Part shown: positions 34,091 to 43,524 of the stretch, one piece after another
How the letters are laid out: each line of letters starts with the position of its first letter
Position numbering within the stretch: position 1 is the stretch's first letter
Source of the DNA: Pseudomonadota bacterium
GTDB taxonomy: Bacteria; Pseudomonadota; Gammaproteobacteria; Burkholderiales; JABEVD01
Length of the DNA: 64,000 nucleotides
NCBI GenBank assembly: GCA_021806605.1
Contig: JAJZQY010000004.1
Location: forward strand, 28,251-92,250
Direction: 5' to 3'
Notes under the pieces: model-generated
What the model saw: only the letters and a program-made list of their open reading frames with translations
Told to the model about the DNA's origin: nothing
The model's database searches: none
Program-made: the position numbers and the translations under genes

Positions 34091-34911
34091 CCGACCGTTA
34101 TGCCGTCATCGGAAACCCGATCGCCCACAGCAAATCCCCCCTGATTCATGCCGAATTTGCGAAACAGACGAATCAGGACATGACCTACGAGGCGATCCTC
34201 GCGCCGCTGGAGGGCTTCAGGGAAACTGTCGAAGGATTGCGAATGGCCGGTTACAAGGGGTTGAATGTCACCGTGCCTTTCAAGTTCGAGGCGTTTTTGT
34301 ACGCGACTTCGAAGAGCGAGCGGGCCGAAACCGCAAAAGCGGTCAACACCCTGAGCTTCGCAGGGGGCGCGGTATTTGGAGACAATACCGACGGCATCGG
34401 GCTGGTTGCCGACATAGAGAAGAACCTCGATTTCCCCATTGCGGGGAAAAGCATTCTTCTGGTGGGGATGGGAGGAGCGGCATGGGGAGTTTTGTCCCCG
34501 CTTCTTCAGCAGAAGCCGAAGCGATTAACCCTGTCGAACAGGACCGTAGCCAAAGCGGAAGACGCCGCCCGAGTTCTTGCTTCGCTGGGCAAATACGATC
34601 CTACCGAAATTGCCGCGAAACCGTTCGACCGGCTGGCAGGACAACAGTTCGACATCGTGATCAACGCCACATCAAGCGGCCTCAAGGATGAAATGCCCCC
34701 CCTGCCTCCAGGTCTTTTTTCCGAAAATTCACTCGCCTACGACATGATGTACGGCAGGCAGACGCCTTTCATGGCATTCGCCGGGAAGGAAGGCGCTTCC
34801 AGAATTTCGGACGGGCTCGGGATGCTCGTCGAGCAGGCCGCAGAAGCGTTCTTCTTGTGGCGCGGCATCCGCCCGCAAACTGCGCCCGTGATCGAGAAGC
34901 AGAGGACATGA
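34087..34911 (+). CDS. aroE: Shikimate dehydrogenase
   Basis: The product shows VIGNPIAHSKSPLIH, NVTVPFK, NTDG and a Rossmann fold (GMGGAA). Confidence 0.93.
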   Translation: MTDRYAVIGNPIAHSKSPLIHAEFAKQTNQDMTYEAILAPLEGFRETVEGLRMAGYKGLNVTVPFKFEAFLYATSKSERAETAKAVNTLSFAGGAVFGDNTDGIGLVADIEKNLDFPIAGKSILLVGMGGAAWGVLSPLLQQKPKRLTLSNRTVAKAEDAARVLASLGKYDPTEIAAKPFDRLAGQQFDIVINATSSGLKDEMPPLPPGLFSENSLAYDMMYGRQTPFMAFAGKEGASRISDGLGMLVEQAAEAFFLWRGIRPQTAPVIEKQRT

Positions 34912-35594
34912 AGCGCTGGATCGAGCGCCTGCTTGCGCTCGCATTCCTCTCGATCCTGCTCTACCAGGCATGGCTCTTCGCCCATGTCTGGTACTGGGTG
35001 GACCACAACCCGGATTCCACCGCATTCATGGCGGCCCGCCTCGTCGAGATGAGAAAAACGAATCCTGACGCCCATATCGTCCACCAGTGGGTGCCCTACA
35101 ACCGCATCTCGAACAACCTGAAGCGCGCGCTGGTCGCGGCCGAAGACGCCAAGTTCCTCGACCACGAGGGATTCGACTGGGAAGGGATACAGAAGGCCTA
35201 CGAGAAGGATTTGAAGAAGGGCAGGATCGTCGCGGGAGGATCGACCATCAGTCAGCAGCTCGCCAAGAATCTCTTCCTTTCCGGAAAGCGCTCTCCCTGG
35301 CGTAAGGGGGAGGAGAGCATCATCACCGTCATGATCGAGCACACCATGAGCAAGCGGAGGATACTGGAGCTCTATCTCAACAGCATCGAGTGGGGAAACG
35401 GCATTTTCGGCGCAGAGGCCGCAGCCAAGCATTATTACGGAATCGATGCGGCGAACCTTTCAGCCTTCCAGGCTGCGCGGCTCGCCGCCATGGTGCCCAA
35501 TCCCCGCTATTACGATGCGCATCGCAACGCCGGGTGGCTCTCGAAAAAAACCGGCATCCTGCTCGGGCGCATGAATTCAGCGCAAATTCCGTAA
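34908..35594 (+). CDS. mtgA: Monofunctional biosynthetic peptidoglycan transglycosylase
   Basis: The ATG at 34908 overlaps the aroE stop (ATGA). GT51 motifs are AAEDAKFLDHEGFD and GGSTISQQLAKN. Confidence 0.93.
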   Translation: MKRWIERLLALAFLSILLYQAWLFAHVWYWVDHNPDSTAFMAARLVEMRKTNPDAHIVHQWVPYNRISNNLKRALVAAEDAKFLDHEGFDWEGIQKAYEKDLKKGRIVAGGSTISQQLAKNLFLSGKRSPWRKGEESIITVMIEHTMSKRRILELYLNSIEWGNGIFGAEAAAKHYYGIDAANLSAFQAARLAAMVPNPRYYDAHRNAGWLSKKTGILLGRMNSAQIP

Positions 35595-36146
35595 CACCTC
35601 GTTCCAGGATTCCAGCGGGTCGCGCCTGAATCCGCTTTTGGCGAACTGGTGCCAGCGCCCGACCACGAAGCACATCAGGATGTTGGCCTGAACCGCTTCA
35701 TCCCGTCCTCCCGGCAGTTCCCCCTGGCTCACCGCGAAGCGCAGCGACTGCTTCAGCGTCGCCTCAAGCCTGTCGTGAAGCTGGTTGATCCTGCCCTGCA
35801 GCCGCTCGTTCTCGTTGACGAGCGCATCCCCTATCAGGACGCGGGTCATGCCCGGGTTCTTCTTGGCGAAGCCGAGAAGCAGGGAAAGGACGGCCTCGGT
35901 CTGCTTCAGTCCGCTCTGGTCCTCTGCGGAAATCTTGTTGATGATGCCGAAAAGGGTCTGTTCGATGAATTCGATGAGTCCCTCGAACATTTGCGCCTTG
36001 CTGGCGAAATGCCGGTAGAGCGCGGCTTCTGAAACATCGAGCTTGGCCGCGAGGGATGCCGTGGTGATTTTCTCCCCCGGCTGCTGCAGCATTTGCGCCA
36101 GGGTTTGCAGGATTTGCAGCTTTCTTTCGCCTGTTTTTGCGGACAT
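35577..36146 (-). CDS. slmA: Nucleoid occlusion factor SlmA (TetR family)
   Basis: The sequence ITTASLAAKLDVSEAALYRHFASKAQMFEGLIEFIE closely parallels E. coli SlmA. LQGRINQL is also present. Confidence 0.85.
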   Translation of the reverse strand: MSAKTGERKLQILQTLAQMLQQPGEKITTASLAAKLDVSEAALYRHFASKAQMFEGLIEFIEQTLFGIINKISAEDQSGLKQTEAVLSLLLGFAKKNPGMTRVLIGDALVNENERLQGRINQLHDRLEATLKQSLRFAVSQGELPGGRDEAVQANILMCFVVGRWHQFAKSGFRRDPLESWNEVLRNLR

Positions 36147-36154
36147 CTTTTCCT

Positions 36155-36792
36155 CTAGTGGGTTAATTGTCTTCTCGAAAGCGCCCTGATCGACGGGACA
36201 GCGATGTCGACATAGGGCGGGCGCCGGGAACAGGAAGTCACCCAGACCGTCTTCATTCCCAGTTTCTTGGCCGTCTTGAGATTCTCCAGCGCATCCTCGA
36301 CCATGACGAAGCGGGCGGGATCGAGCCCCATTTTCCTGAAAATCCTGAAGAATCCGTAGGATTCCGGCTTGGGCCGGTATCGCGAATGCTCTATCGAATA
36401 TACCCCGTCGAACAGATCGAGAATCCCGAGAATTTTCAGCACATCCAGCGCATAATGCAACGGCGCGTTGGAAAAGACAATCTTTCTCCCGGGAATGGCG
36501 CGCAATGCATGCCTCAATTGCGGCTCGCGCACCACCATTTTGGAAAGCTCGGGAAACCGGTGCGTATGCTCCAGAAAATGCCCGGGCCTGGTGCCATGGT
36601 GCTGCATCATGCCGGAGAGCGTCGCGCCGTATTTTTCCCAGTAGTGCCGTCTCAGCCTGTCGGCTTCGTCATGTTCGAGATCCAGATGCGTCTTCAGGTA
36701 TTGCGTCATGCTCCTGTTGATGTGGGGAAAGATGTGCGGATTCGCATCGTGCAGCGTGTTGTCGAGATCGAATACCCAGATTTTCCCGGCCA

Positions 36793-36793
<1 letters not shown>
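36155..36793 (-). CDS. HAD-family pyrimidine 5'-nucleotidase
   Basis: The internal ATG at 36793 gives MAGKIWVFDLDNTLH, the HAD motif I DxDxT. Its start shares 1 nt with the argB stop (TGATG). Confidence 0.8.
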
Positions 36794-37740
<947 letters not shown>

Positions 37741-37775
37741 AAGACGGTCGATATGCGCACGGGAACCCTGGCAAT

Positions 37776-38102
37776 TCATCCGGCCGTCACCACGGCCCTG
37801 ATCTCGACGTGAAGCGCTTTTTTTATGGCCACGAAAATAGCCGAGAGACTTTCCATGGTGGGATTCCCGGATGCGGAGAGCATCCTGTGCAAGCTTTTGC
37901 TCGGTTTATGGACATCCGCGGCCAGCGCCTCAAATCCGACTGTCGCATTGACCAGTTCGCGGAGCACAAGTTTTGCCGTGTCCGGTTCGCCGTTGAGGAA
38001 AAGCGTGAGCGCCTCATCCAGCAGCGCCTGTGCAAAAGCAGGGTCGTTCTTCGCGCGGGCGACGACTGTTTGCTTGAAATCTCTGGTTAATGCCACGATC
38101 AT
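37776..38102 (-). CDS. Addiction-module antidote protein (HTH, HigA-like; dnstrm_HI1420 type)
   Basis: The internal ATG at 38102 overlaps the toxin stop (ATGA). The product is 108 aa and has an XRE-like HTH region ([28 protein letters not shown]). Confidence 0.8.
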   Translation of the reverse strand: MIVALTRDFKQTVVARAKNDPAFAQALLDEALTLFLNGEPDTAKLVLRELVNATVGFEALAADVHKPSKSLHRMLSASGNPTMESLSAIFVAIKKALHVEIRAVVTAG

Positions 38103-38440
38103 TGCCTCCTTTTCATCTCTTTTGCCTTGCGCAATTTGTATCTTTCCCATAGCTCGACAGCCCGGTCGATATCCTTCTGCTGCCCTTTCTTTGTGCCGCC
38201 GCCAAGCAGAACTATGATCTTTAAGCCGTCCCTGGCAAGATAAATTCTGTAGCCCGGCCCCCAATCGATTTTATATTCTCCAATCCCACGAAACCAATTG
38301 ACGTTGGACAGATTGCCCTGACTCATTCTTAGCTTCGCTGTTGCGATCTTCGCTGCAGCGACAGGGTCCAGCGACAGGAACCAGTCTTCATAAGGGCTGG
38401 TTCCGTCTTCTTCGATCAATTCGCAAACCTGAAAGGTCAT
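38099..38440 (-). CDS. RelE/ParE-superfamily addiction-module killer protein (upstrm_HI1419 type)
   Basis: The ATG at 38440 gives a 113-aa product with the typical pattern [41 protein letters not shown] and [14 protein letters not shown]. The toxin precedes the antitoxin, as in higBA. Confidence 0.8.
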   Translation of the reverse strand: MTFQVCELIEEDGTSPYEDWFLSLDPVAAAKIATAKLRMSQGNLSNVNWFRGIGEYKIDWGPGYRIYLARDGLKIIVLLGGGTKKGQQKDIDRAVELWERYKLRKAKEMKRRQ

Positions 38441-38447
38441 ATTTATA

Positions 38448-38488
38448 GTAACCTTAACGTTACCATTAGGCAAGGACCACGCCTTAAC
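38448..38488 (-). promoter_or_regulatory. Possible TA operator: inverted repeat GTAAC-N6-GTTAC plus two CCTTAAC direct repeats
   Basis: The element lies 8-48 nt upstream of the toxin ATG. GTAAC is at 38448-38452 and GTTAC at 38459-38463. CCTTAAC occurs at 38452-38458 and 38482-38488, 30 bp apart. Confidence 0.25.
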
Positions 38489-38650
38489 TACCTGGCGCGT
38501 CTTTATTGAATTCCCTTTCAATTTAGAGCATTATTGGAAAAATTCCCGAACCGACGCCGGAATAGCGGTTTCTCCCGTCAATGGGGGTGTCTGCTTCAGT
38601 TGGGCGCGGCAATCAACGAAATGACCGATAATCGAATTTTCCGGTAGGAG

Positions 38651-38866
38651 ATGAAGACAATGGAACTGACCGCAGTACTTACCCCCGCCGAGGAAGGCGG
38701 CTACATCGCATTGAACCCTGAGACCGGAACGACTACGCAGGGTGAAACCGTTGAAGAAGCGATTGCCAACCTTCAGGAGGCCACGGCGCTCTACCTGTCC
38801 GAGTTCCCAATTCACGTGTCTGGTCACCCCCTGGTAACGACCTTCAGCGTTCCAGCGCATGCCTAA
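38651..38866 (+). CDS. hicB: Minimal HicB-family antitoxin (71 aa, UPF0150 fold only)
   Basis: The sequence AVLTPAEEGGYIALNPETGTTTQGETVEEAIANLQEA is a typical HicB N-domain. The SD (TAGGAG) is correctly spaced. No RHH or HTH tail is present. Confidence 0.8.
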   Translation: MKTMELTAVLTPAEEGGYIALNPETGTTTQGETVEEAIANLQEATALYLSEFPIHVSGHPLVTTFSVPAHA

Positions 38867-39074
38867 ACTGCCGCACGTCTCGGGGCCTGCCATAGTTCGG
38901 GCACTGGAGCGCCTCGGTTTCGAAAAGATCCGCCAGTCCGGAAGCCACGTCATCATGCGTCGCGGTTCCAAAGGTTGTGTCGTGCCGATGCATGGCGAAG
39001 TCAAGACAGGCACCCTGGCAGGCGTTCTTCGACAGGCCGCTGTATCGGCGGAAGAATTTATCTCGGCTTTGTAA
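38859..39074 (+). CDS. hicA: HicA-family mRNA interferase toxin
   Basis: The fold is YcfA/HicA-like, with VSGPAIVRALERLGFEKIRQSGSHVIM containing the catalytic GSH. It overlaps hicB by 8 nt. Confidence 0.85.
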   Translation: MPKLPHVSGPAIVRALERLGFEKIRQSGSHVIMRRGSKGCVVPMHGEVKTGTLAGVLRQAAVSAEEFISAL

Positions 39075-39177
39075 CCATGGCATCCAACCCATGCTTTGAA
39101 GGATCGTCCGGGGCGCCGCGCCCCCTGCGCTTCCGGGCTGTCCTTCAAGCTTTCCGTTAGGCATCAAAGGATGAACG

Positions 39178-39816
39178 ATGACACAAAAATATGAAGAACC
39201 GGGATTGAATAAGGATGCGTTTACGTGTCCATCATGTGGTGCGTTTGCGGCAATGCAATGGGAGCCTCTACGTACCAATAGCGCATGGCAAGCTATTTCA
39301 CTTGCTTATTGTCACAGGTGTAAGCGCCACTCCGTTTGGTTGGATGGTTCGAATGGCTATCCAGTCAAAATGCTCTTCCCTAAATCATTAACTGCACCAC
39401 TGCCAAATGAAGACCTGCCAGAAGAGTGCCTGAACGACTACATGGAGGCGAGAGAAATCGCTAATAATTCGCCTCGTGGGGCGGCAGCATTATTGCGGTT
39501 GTGTATCCAAAAGCTGGCAATACATTTAGGTGGGGATGGAAAAAATATCAATGATGACATCGGTAAGCTCGTAAAAAATGGGATGCCTCAACGGGTTCAG
39601 CAAGCCCTAGATGTTGTACGTGTGGTTGGCAATAATGCAGTTCATCCTGGAGAAATGTCTGTTGACGATCAGCCTGAAACGGTTCACGCCTTATTCGGTT
39701 TAATCAACCTGATTACTGATAACCAAATAACCCAACCCAAACAAGTTGGTAATTTATTCGCCAGCTTACCGGAAGGGGCGAGAAACGCTGTTGAAAAACG
39801 AGATAAATACTCATAA
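39178..39816 (+). CDS. 4-Cys zinc-ribbon + DUF4145-type (HEPN-like) protein, function unknown
   Basis: The N-terminus has CPSCG..(24)..CHRC. The C-terminal half matches my memory of DUF4145 (YMEAREIANNSPRGAAALLRLCIQKL and ALDVVRVVGNNAVHPGE, which is R-x2-GN-x3-H). GC is markedly lower than in the flanks, 46 of the first 100 nt by hand count. Confidence 0.8.
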   Translation: MTQKYEEPGLNKDAFTCPSCGAFAAMQWEPLRTNSAWQAISLAYCHRCKRHSVWLDGSNGYPVKMLFPKSLTAPLPNEDLPEECLNDYMEAREIANNSPRGAAALLRLCIQKLAIHLGGDGKNINDDIGKLVKNGMPQRVQQALDVVRVVGNNAVHPGEMSVDDQPETVHALFGLINLITDNQITQPKQVGNLFASLPEGARNAVEKRDKYS

Positions 39817-39902
39817 CAAAATGCTCAAGATCGTTCGCTTTCACCCACTGAAATTCCGGAGACCTTAAAAAACCATGTTCACTTGATTGCGATTCCGCAG
39901 AC

Positions 39903-39926
39903 AAAAAAAGGATAACCTATCCTCTC
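39903..39926 (-). terminator. Rho-independent terminator-like hairpin (minus strand)
   Basis: The minus strand reads AGGATA-ggt-TATCCT followed by TTTTTTTGT. It lies about 195 nt downstream of the ibpA stop. Confidence 0.5.
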
Positions 39927-40018
39927 ATTGCTAGATTTGCGCGGAAAGCCACGCGAATTCGAACGTCAATCTTCCCAGTAATGGAAGCGCAGTTGAGCGG
40001 TCATCAATGCACCCTCCT

Positions 40019-40029
40019 CGATGCGCCAT
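40019..40029. repeat. Right copy of the exact 11-bp direct repeat CGATGCGCCAT
   Basis: It is identical to 37702-37712. Confidence 0.9.
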
Positions 40030-40118
40030 GCGATGCTCATGTGATGCGGCGCGACCGGAATCCGGAAAGGGCGCGCTTCAGGCCTGCGCGAAGAACCGCC
40101 CAGGCCGCGATTGCCACG

Positions 40119-40559
40119 TCAGTCGATGGTCAGGCGCCTCGCTTCGACAGTCGCCTTCTTGGGAAGCACTAGTTCCAGCACGCCGTCCGAATATTTCGCA
40201 TGGGAATTCGACTCGTCGACTTCCTGGTCCAGCGTGAAGGCCCGGGAAGCCTTGCCGAAATAGCGCTCGGAGCGCAGCACGATTTCTCCCTTCTTCTCTT
40301 CCTTCTCCTGCCTGACTTCGGCGGAGAGGGAAACCCGGTTGCCGTCTATCGTCACATGGATGTCTTCCTTCTTCACCCCCGGAATGTCCGCCTTGACGGT
40401 GTAGCTCTTGTCGTCCTCCTTGACGTCCACCTTGATCTGGGGAGCCTGCCTCTCCATATCCGTGCCGAAAGGCTTGACCATGAAGCCCTTGAAGAAGTTG
40501 TCGAACGGATCGTCGAACGGTTCCAGTCTGAAAGGATCCCAGCGGGAAATGTTGGCCAT
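40119..40559 (-). CDS. ibpA: Hsp20/alpha-crystallin small heat-shock protein
   Basis: The product has an alpha-crystallin domain (VDVKEDDKSYTVKADIPGVKKEDIHVTIDGNRVSLSAE and GVLELVLPKK). A strong SD (AGGAGGA) is present. Confidence 0.92.
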   Translation of the reverse strand: MANISRWDPFRLEPFDDPFDNFFKGFMVKPFGTDMERQAPQIKVDVKEDDKSYTVKADIPGVKKEDIHVTIDGNRVSLSAEVRQEKEEKKGEIVLRSERYFGKASRAFTLDQEVDESNSHAKYSDGVLELVLPKKATVEARRLTID

Positions 40560-40593
40560 GATGTCCTCCTGTAAAGTATGTCAGGTACTTAAA

Positions 40594-40621
40594 ATATAGC
40601 GGCATAATCCCGGAATTCAAG
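40594..40621 (-). promoter_or_regulatory. Candidate sigma32 (RpoH) heat-shock promoter of ibpA
   Basis: The minus strand reads CTTGAA-N13-CCGCTATAT, against the consensus CTTGAA-N13-17-CCCCATNT. It lies about 35 nt upstream of the ATG. Confidence 0.5.
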
Positions 40622-40669
40622 TCTCCCCGGAAAGCGGGTAGAATTCCCTATTTCACACCGAAATCGTCC

Positions 40670-42016
40670 ATGCACATCCACATTCTGGGCATCTGCGGCA
40701 CCTTCATGGGGGGCATTGCAGCGCTCGCAAAATCTTCCGGGCATCGCGTAACCGGATGCGACACGGCGGTCTATCCGCCCATGAGCACGCAACTCGAAAA
40801 GCTCGGCATCGAGCTCGTCGAGGGCTACGACCCTTCCCAGATCGGCTTGAAACCCGACCTCTTCGTGATCGGCAACGTCGTCTCCAGGGGCAACCCGCTG
40901 ATGGAGGCGATTCTCGACCGGAATCTTCCCTATGTTTCCGGGCCGCAATGGCTGCACGAAAACATCCTGAGGGAAAAATGGGTGCTGGCAGTTGCCGGAA
41001 CGCACGGCAAGACCACGACCACCTCGATGCTTTCCTGGATACTGGAGTGCGGAAATCTGGAGCCCGGCTTTCTGATAGGCGGCGTCGCGCAGAACTTCGA
41101 GGTTTCGGCGCGGCTCACCGCATCGCCTTTTTTCGTGATCGAGGCGGACGAATACGACACGGCATTCTTCGACAAGCGCTCGAAATTCGTGCATTACCAT
41201 CCGAGGACAGCCATTCTCAACAACCTGGAATACGACCACGCCGACATCTTTCCCGACCTTGCCGCCATCGAAACGCAGTTCCATCATCTGGTGCGCACCG
41301 TCCCCTCGAACGGGCTGATCGTGGCCAATGCAAAAGAGGCGAGCCTGACGCGGGTGCTGGAAAGGGGGTGCTGGACGCCCGTCGAGCGGTTCGGAAGCGA
41401 GGAAGGCTGGCATGCCGTTCAGGAAGGGGAGGAAACCGGCATTTTCTTCGGGGAAGCCCGTGAAGGTACGCTTTCCTGGGATCTTCTGGGGGAGCACAAC
41501 CGCTCCAATGCGCTCGCCGCCATCGCAGCCGCAAGGCATTGCGGCGTGCCGCCGAAAGTCAGCCTGGAAGCCCTTGCGAAATTCAGGAACGTGAAGCGCC
41601 GCATGGAAAAGAAGGGCGATGCGTGCGGGGTTGCCGTCTACGACGATTTCGCCCATCACCCCACCGCCATCGAGACCACCCTCGCAGGACTCCGCGAGAA
41701 GGTCAAGCGGGAACGCATCCTGGCGGTCCTGGAGCCGCGTTCGAACACCATGAAGATGGGGGTGATGAAGGATGCCCTGGCGCGAAGCCTCACCGACGCC
41801 GATCTGGTTTTCTGCTATTCGGGCGGACTGGACTGGGACGCAAAATCCGCCCTGCTTCCCCTGGGCGAAAAAGCGCGGGTGATGGGCGACCTGGACGAGC
41901 TGGTTCGGGCGATCACCGAAGCTTCAAGGGCGGGGGATCACATCCTCGTCATGAGCAACGGCAGCTTCGGCGGCATCCACGAGAAGCTGCTTCGGTCCCT
42001 GCAGTCCAGGGGCTGA
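40670..42016 (+). CDS. mpl: UDP-N-acetylmuramate:L-Ala-gamma-D-Glu-meso-DAP ligase
   Basis: The product shows MHIHILGICGTFMGGIA and Mur-ligase motifs (VAGTHGKTTTTSM) and is 448 aa long. Confidence 0.93.
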   Translation: MHIHILGICGTFMGGIAALAKSSGHRVTGCDTAVYPPMSTQLEKLGIELVEGYDPSQIGLKPDLFVIGNVVSRGNPLMEAILDRNLPYVSGPQWLHENILREKWVLAVAGTHGKTTTTSMLSWILECGNLEPGFLIGGVAQNFEVSARLTASPFFVIEADEYDTAFFDKRSKFVHYHPRTAILNNLEYDHADIFPDLAAIETQFHHLVRTVPSNGLIVANAKEASLTRVLERGCWTPVERFGSEEGWHAVQEGEETGIFFGEAREGTLSWDLLGEHNRSNALAAIAAARHCGVPPKVSLEALAKFRNVKRRMEKKGDACGVAVYDDFAHHPTAIETTLAGLREKVKRERILAVLEPRSNTMKMGVMKDALARSLTDADLVFCYSGGLDWDAKSALLPLGEKARVMGDLDELVRAITEASRAGDHILVMSNGSFGGIHEKLLRSLQSRG

Positions 42017-42024
42017 ATCGTGCG

Positions 42025-43059
42025 CTACGGCAGCAGCGGGACGATGTCGATGCCCGATGCCTCCTGCAGTCCGAACATGATGTTCATGTTCTGCACCGCC
42101 TGACCCGCGGCGCCTTTCACCAGATTGTCGATCACCGAGAGAACGACCACGGTGCCGGAATCCTGCGGCCTGTGCACCGCGATGCGGCATACGTTGCCCC
42201 CCCGCACGCTGCGCGTCTCGGGATGGCTGCCGGACGGCATGACGTCGACGAAGCACTCGTTCGCGTAGCGGCTCTCGTAAAGCTGCTGCAGATCGGCGTC
42301 CCCGGTGAGCTGCGCGTAAAGGGTTGCATGGATGCCGCGAATCAGCGGGGTGAGGTGGGGAACGAAAGTCAGCCCGACCGGCTGCTTCGCCGCGATCGAG
42401 AGGCCCTGCCTGATTTCAGGAAGATGCCTGTGCCCGGCAACGCCGTAGGCCTTGAAATTGTCGGCGGCCTCGGAAAACAGGAAGCCGGTTTCGGCTTTTT
42501 TCCCCGCCCCGCTCACCCCCGATTTCGCATCCGCGATCAGATGGTCGGTATCGACCAATCCGGCCTCGACGAGCGGCAGGAAACCGAGCTGCACCGCCGT
42601 GGGATAGCAGCCGGGGTTGGCCACCAGATTCGCCTTCGCTATTTTTTCCCGGTTGACTTCGGGCAGGCCGTACACCGCATCCTCAAGCAGTTCGGGGCAG
42701 GCATGCTGCATGCCGTACCATTTTTCCCAGACCCCGACATCCCTGATCCTGAAATCGGCGGCAAGGTCGATCACCCTGATTCCGGCATCGAGCAGGGCTT
42801 TCGCCTCCTTCATGGCGATTCCGTTTGGGGTGGCGAAGAAAACCACGTCGCATCCCGAAAGGGCGCCGGCGGAGGGCGCGACGAATTCGATGTCCACCCG
42901 CCCCCTCAGGCTGGGAAACATTTCGCTGACCCTCGTGCCCACTTCGGAGCGGGACGTGATCGCCTGCAGCCGCACGTCGGGATGCTTCGCCAGAAGGCGC
43001 AGCAACTCGACCCCCGTGTATCCCGTTCCGCCTACGATGCCTGCCTTGATCATGTTCAC
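42025..43059 (-). CDS. argC: N-acetyl-gamma-glutamyl-phosphate reductase
   Basis: The product shows [14 protein letters not shown] and the active-site motif PGCYPT, and is 344 aa long. Confidence 0.96.
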   Translation of the reverse strand: MNMIKAGIVGGTGYTGVELLRLLAKHPDVRLQAITSRSEVGTRVSEMFPSLRGRVDIEFVAPSAGALSGCDVVFFATPNGIAMKEAKALLDAGIRVIDLAADFRIRDVGVWEKWYGMQHACPELLEDAVYGLPEVNREKIAKANLVANPGCYPTAVQLGFLPLVEAGLVDTDHLIADAKSGVSGAGKKAETGFLFSEAADNFKAYGVAGHRHLPEIRQGLSIAAKQPVGLTFVPHLTPLIRGIHATLYAQLTGDADLQQLYESRYANECFVDVMPSGSHPETRSVRGGNVCRIAVHRPQDSGTVVVLSVIDNLVKGAAGQAVQNMNIMFGLQEASGIDIVPLLP

Positions 43060-43090
43060 CTCGCTATGGAAATATAACCTTTTTCCGCGG

Positions 43091-43121
43091 AAAACAAAAA
43101 AGCCGCCAAAGGCGGCTTTTT
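43091..43121 (-). terminator. Rho-independent terminator downstream of rpsI
   Basis: The minus strand reads AAGCCGCC-ttt-GGCGGCTT followed by TTTTTTGTTTT. An A-tract on the other side makes it potentially bidirectional. Confidence 0.7.
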
Positions 43122-43130
43122 CGAGGAAGC

Positions 43131-43523
43131 TTAACGCTTCGAGAACTGCTTGCGTTTGCGCGCCTTGTGCAAACCCACTTTCTTGCGTTCCACCTCTCGC
43201 GCATCGCGCGTCACGAGGCCGGCCTTTTTCAGGTCCGTCTTGAGATCCGCATTGTAGTCGATCAGTGCGCGGGTGATGCCGTGCCTGACTGCGCCCGCCT
43301 GCCCCGATTCGCCTCCGCCCATCACATTGACCATGATGTCGAAGCTTTCCAGGTTGTTGGTCAGCGCCAGCGGCTGGCGAACCACCATGCGTCCGGTTTC
43401 GCGGGAGAAGAACTCGTCGACCGGCTTGCCGTTGACGACGATGTTGCCCTTGCCGGGTTTCAGGAAAACCCTGGCCACCGCGCTCTTGCGCCTTCCGGTG
43501 CCGTAATTGTAGTTTGCGCCCAT
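43131..43523 (-). CDS. rpsI: 30S ribosomal protein S9
   Basis: The product shows [12 protein letters not shown] and the C-terminus [11 protein letters not shown]. Confidence 0.98.
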   Translation of the reverse strand: MGANYNYGTGRRKSAVARVFLKPGKGNIVVNGKPVDEFFSRETGRMVVRQPLALTNNLESFDIMVNVMGGGESGQAGAVRHGITRALIDYNADLKTDLKKAGLVTRDAREVERKKVGLHKARKRKQFSKR

Positions 43524-43524
43524 G

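Noticed and set aside
38531-39278. Two minus-strand ORFs (205 aa and 144 aa) overlapping hicB/hicA
   Set aside because: They are antisense to two well-supported small genes that have correct SD spacing and family motifs. Their translations show no recognisable features.
39981-40237. Plus-strand ORFs of 63 and 76 aa downstream of, or antisense to, ibpA
   Set aside because: Their composition is Arg/Ala-rich and they partly overlap the ibpA coding region in antisense. They have no SD and no motifs.
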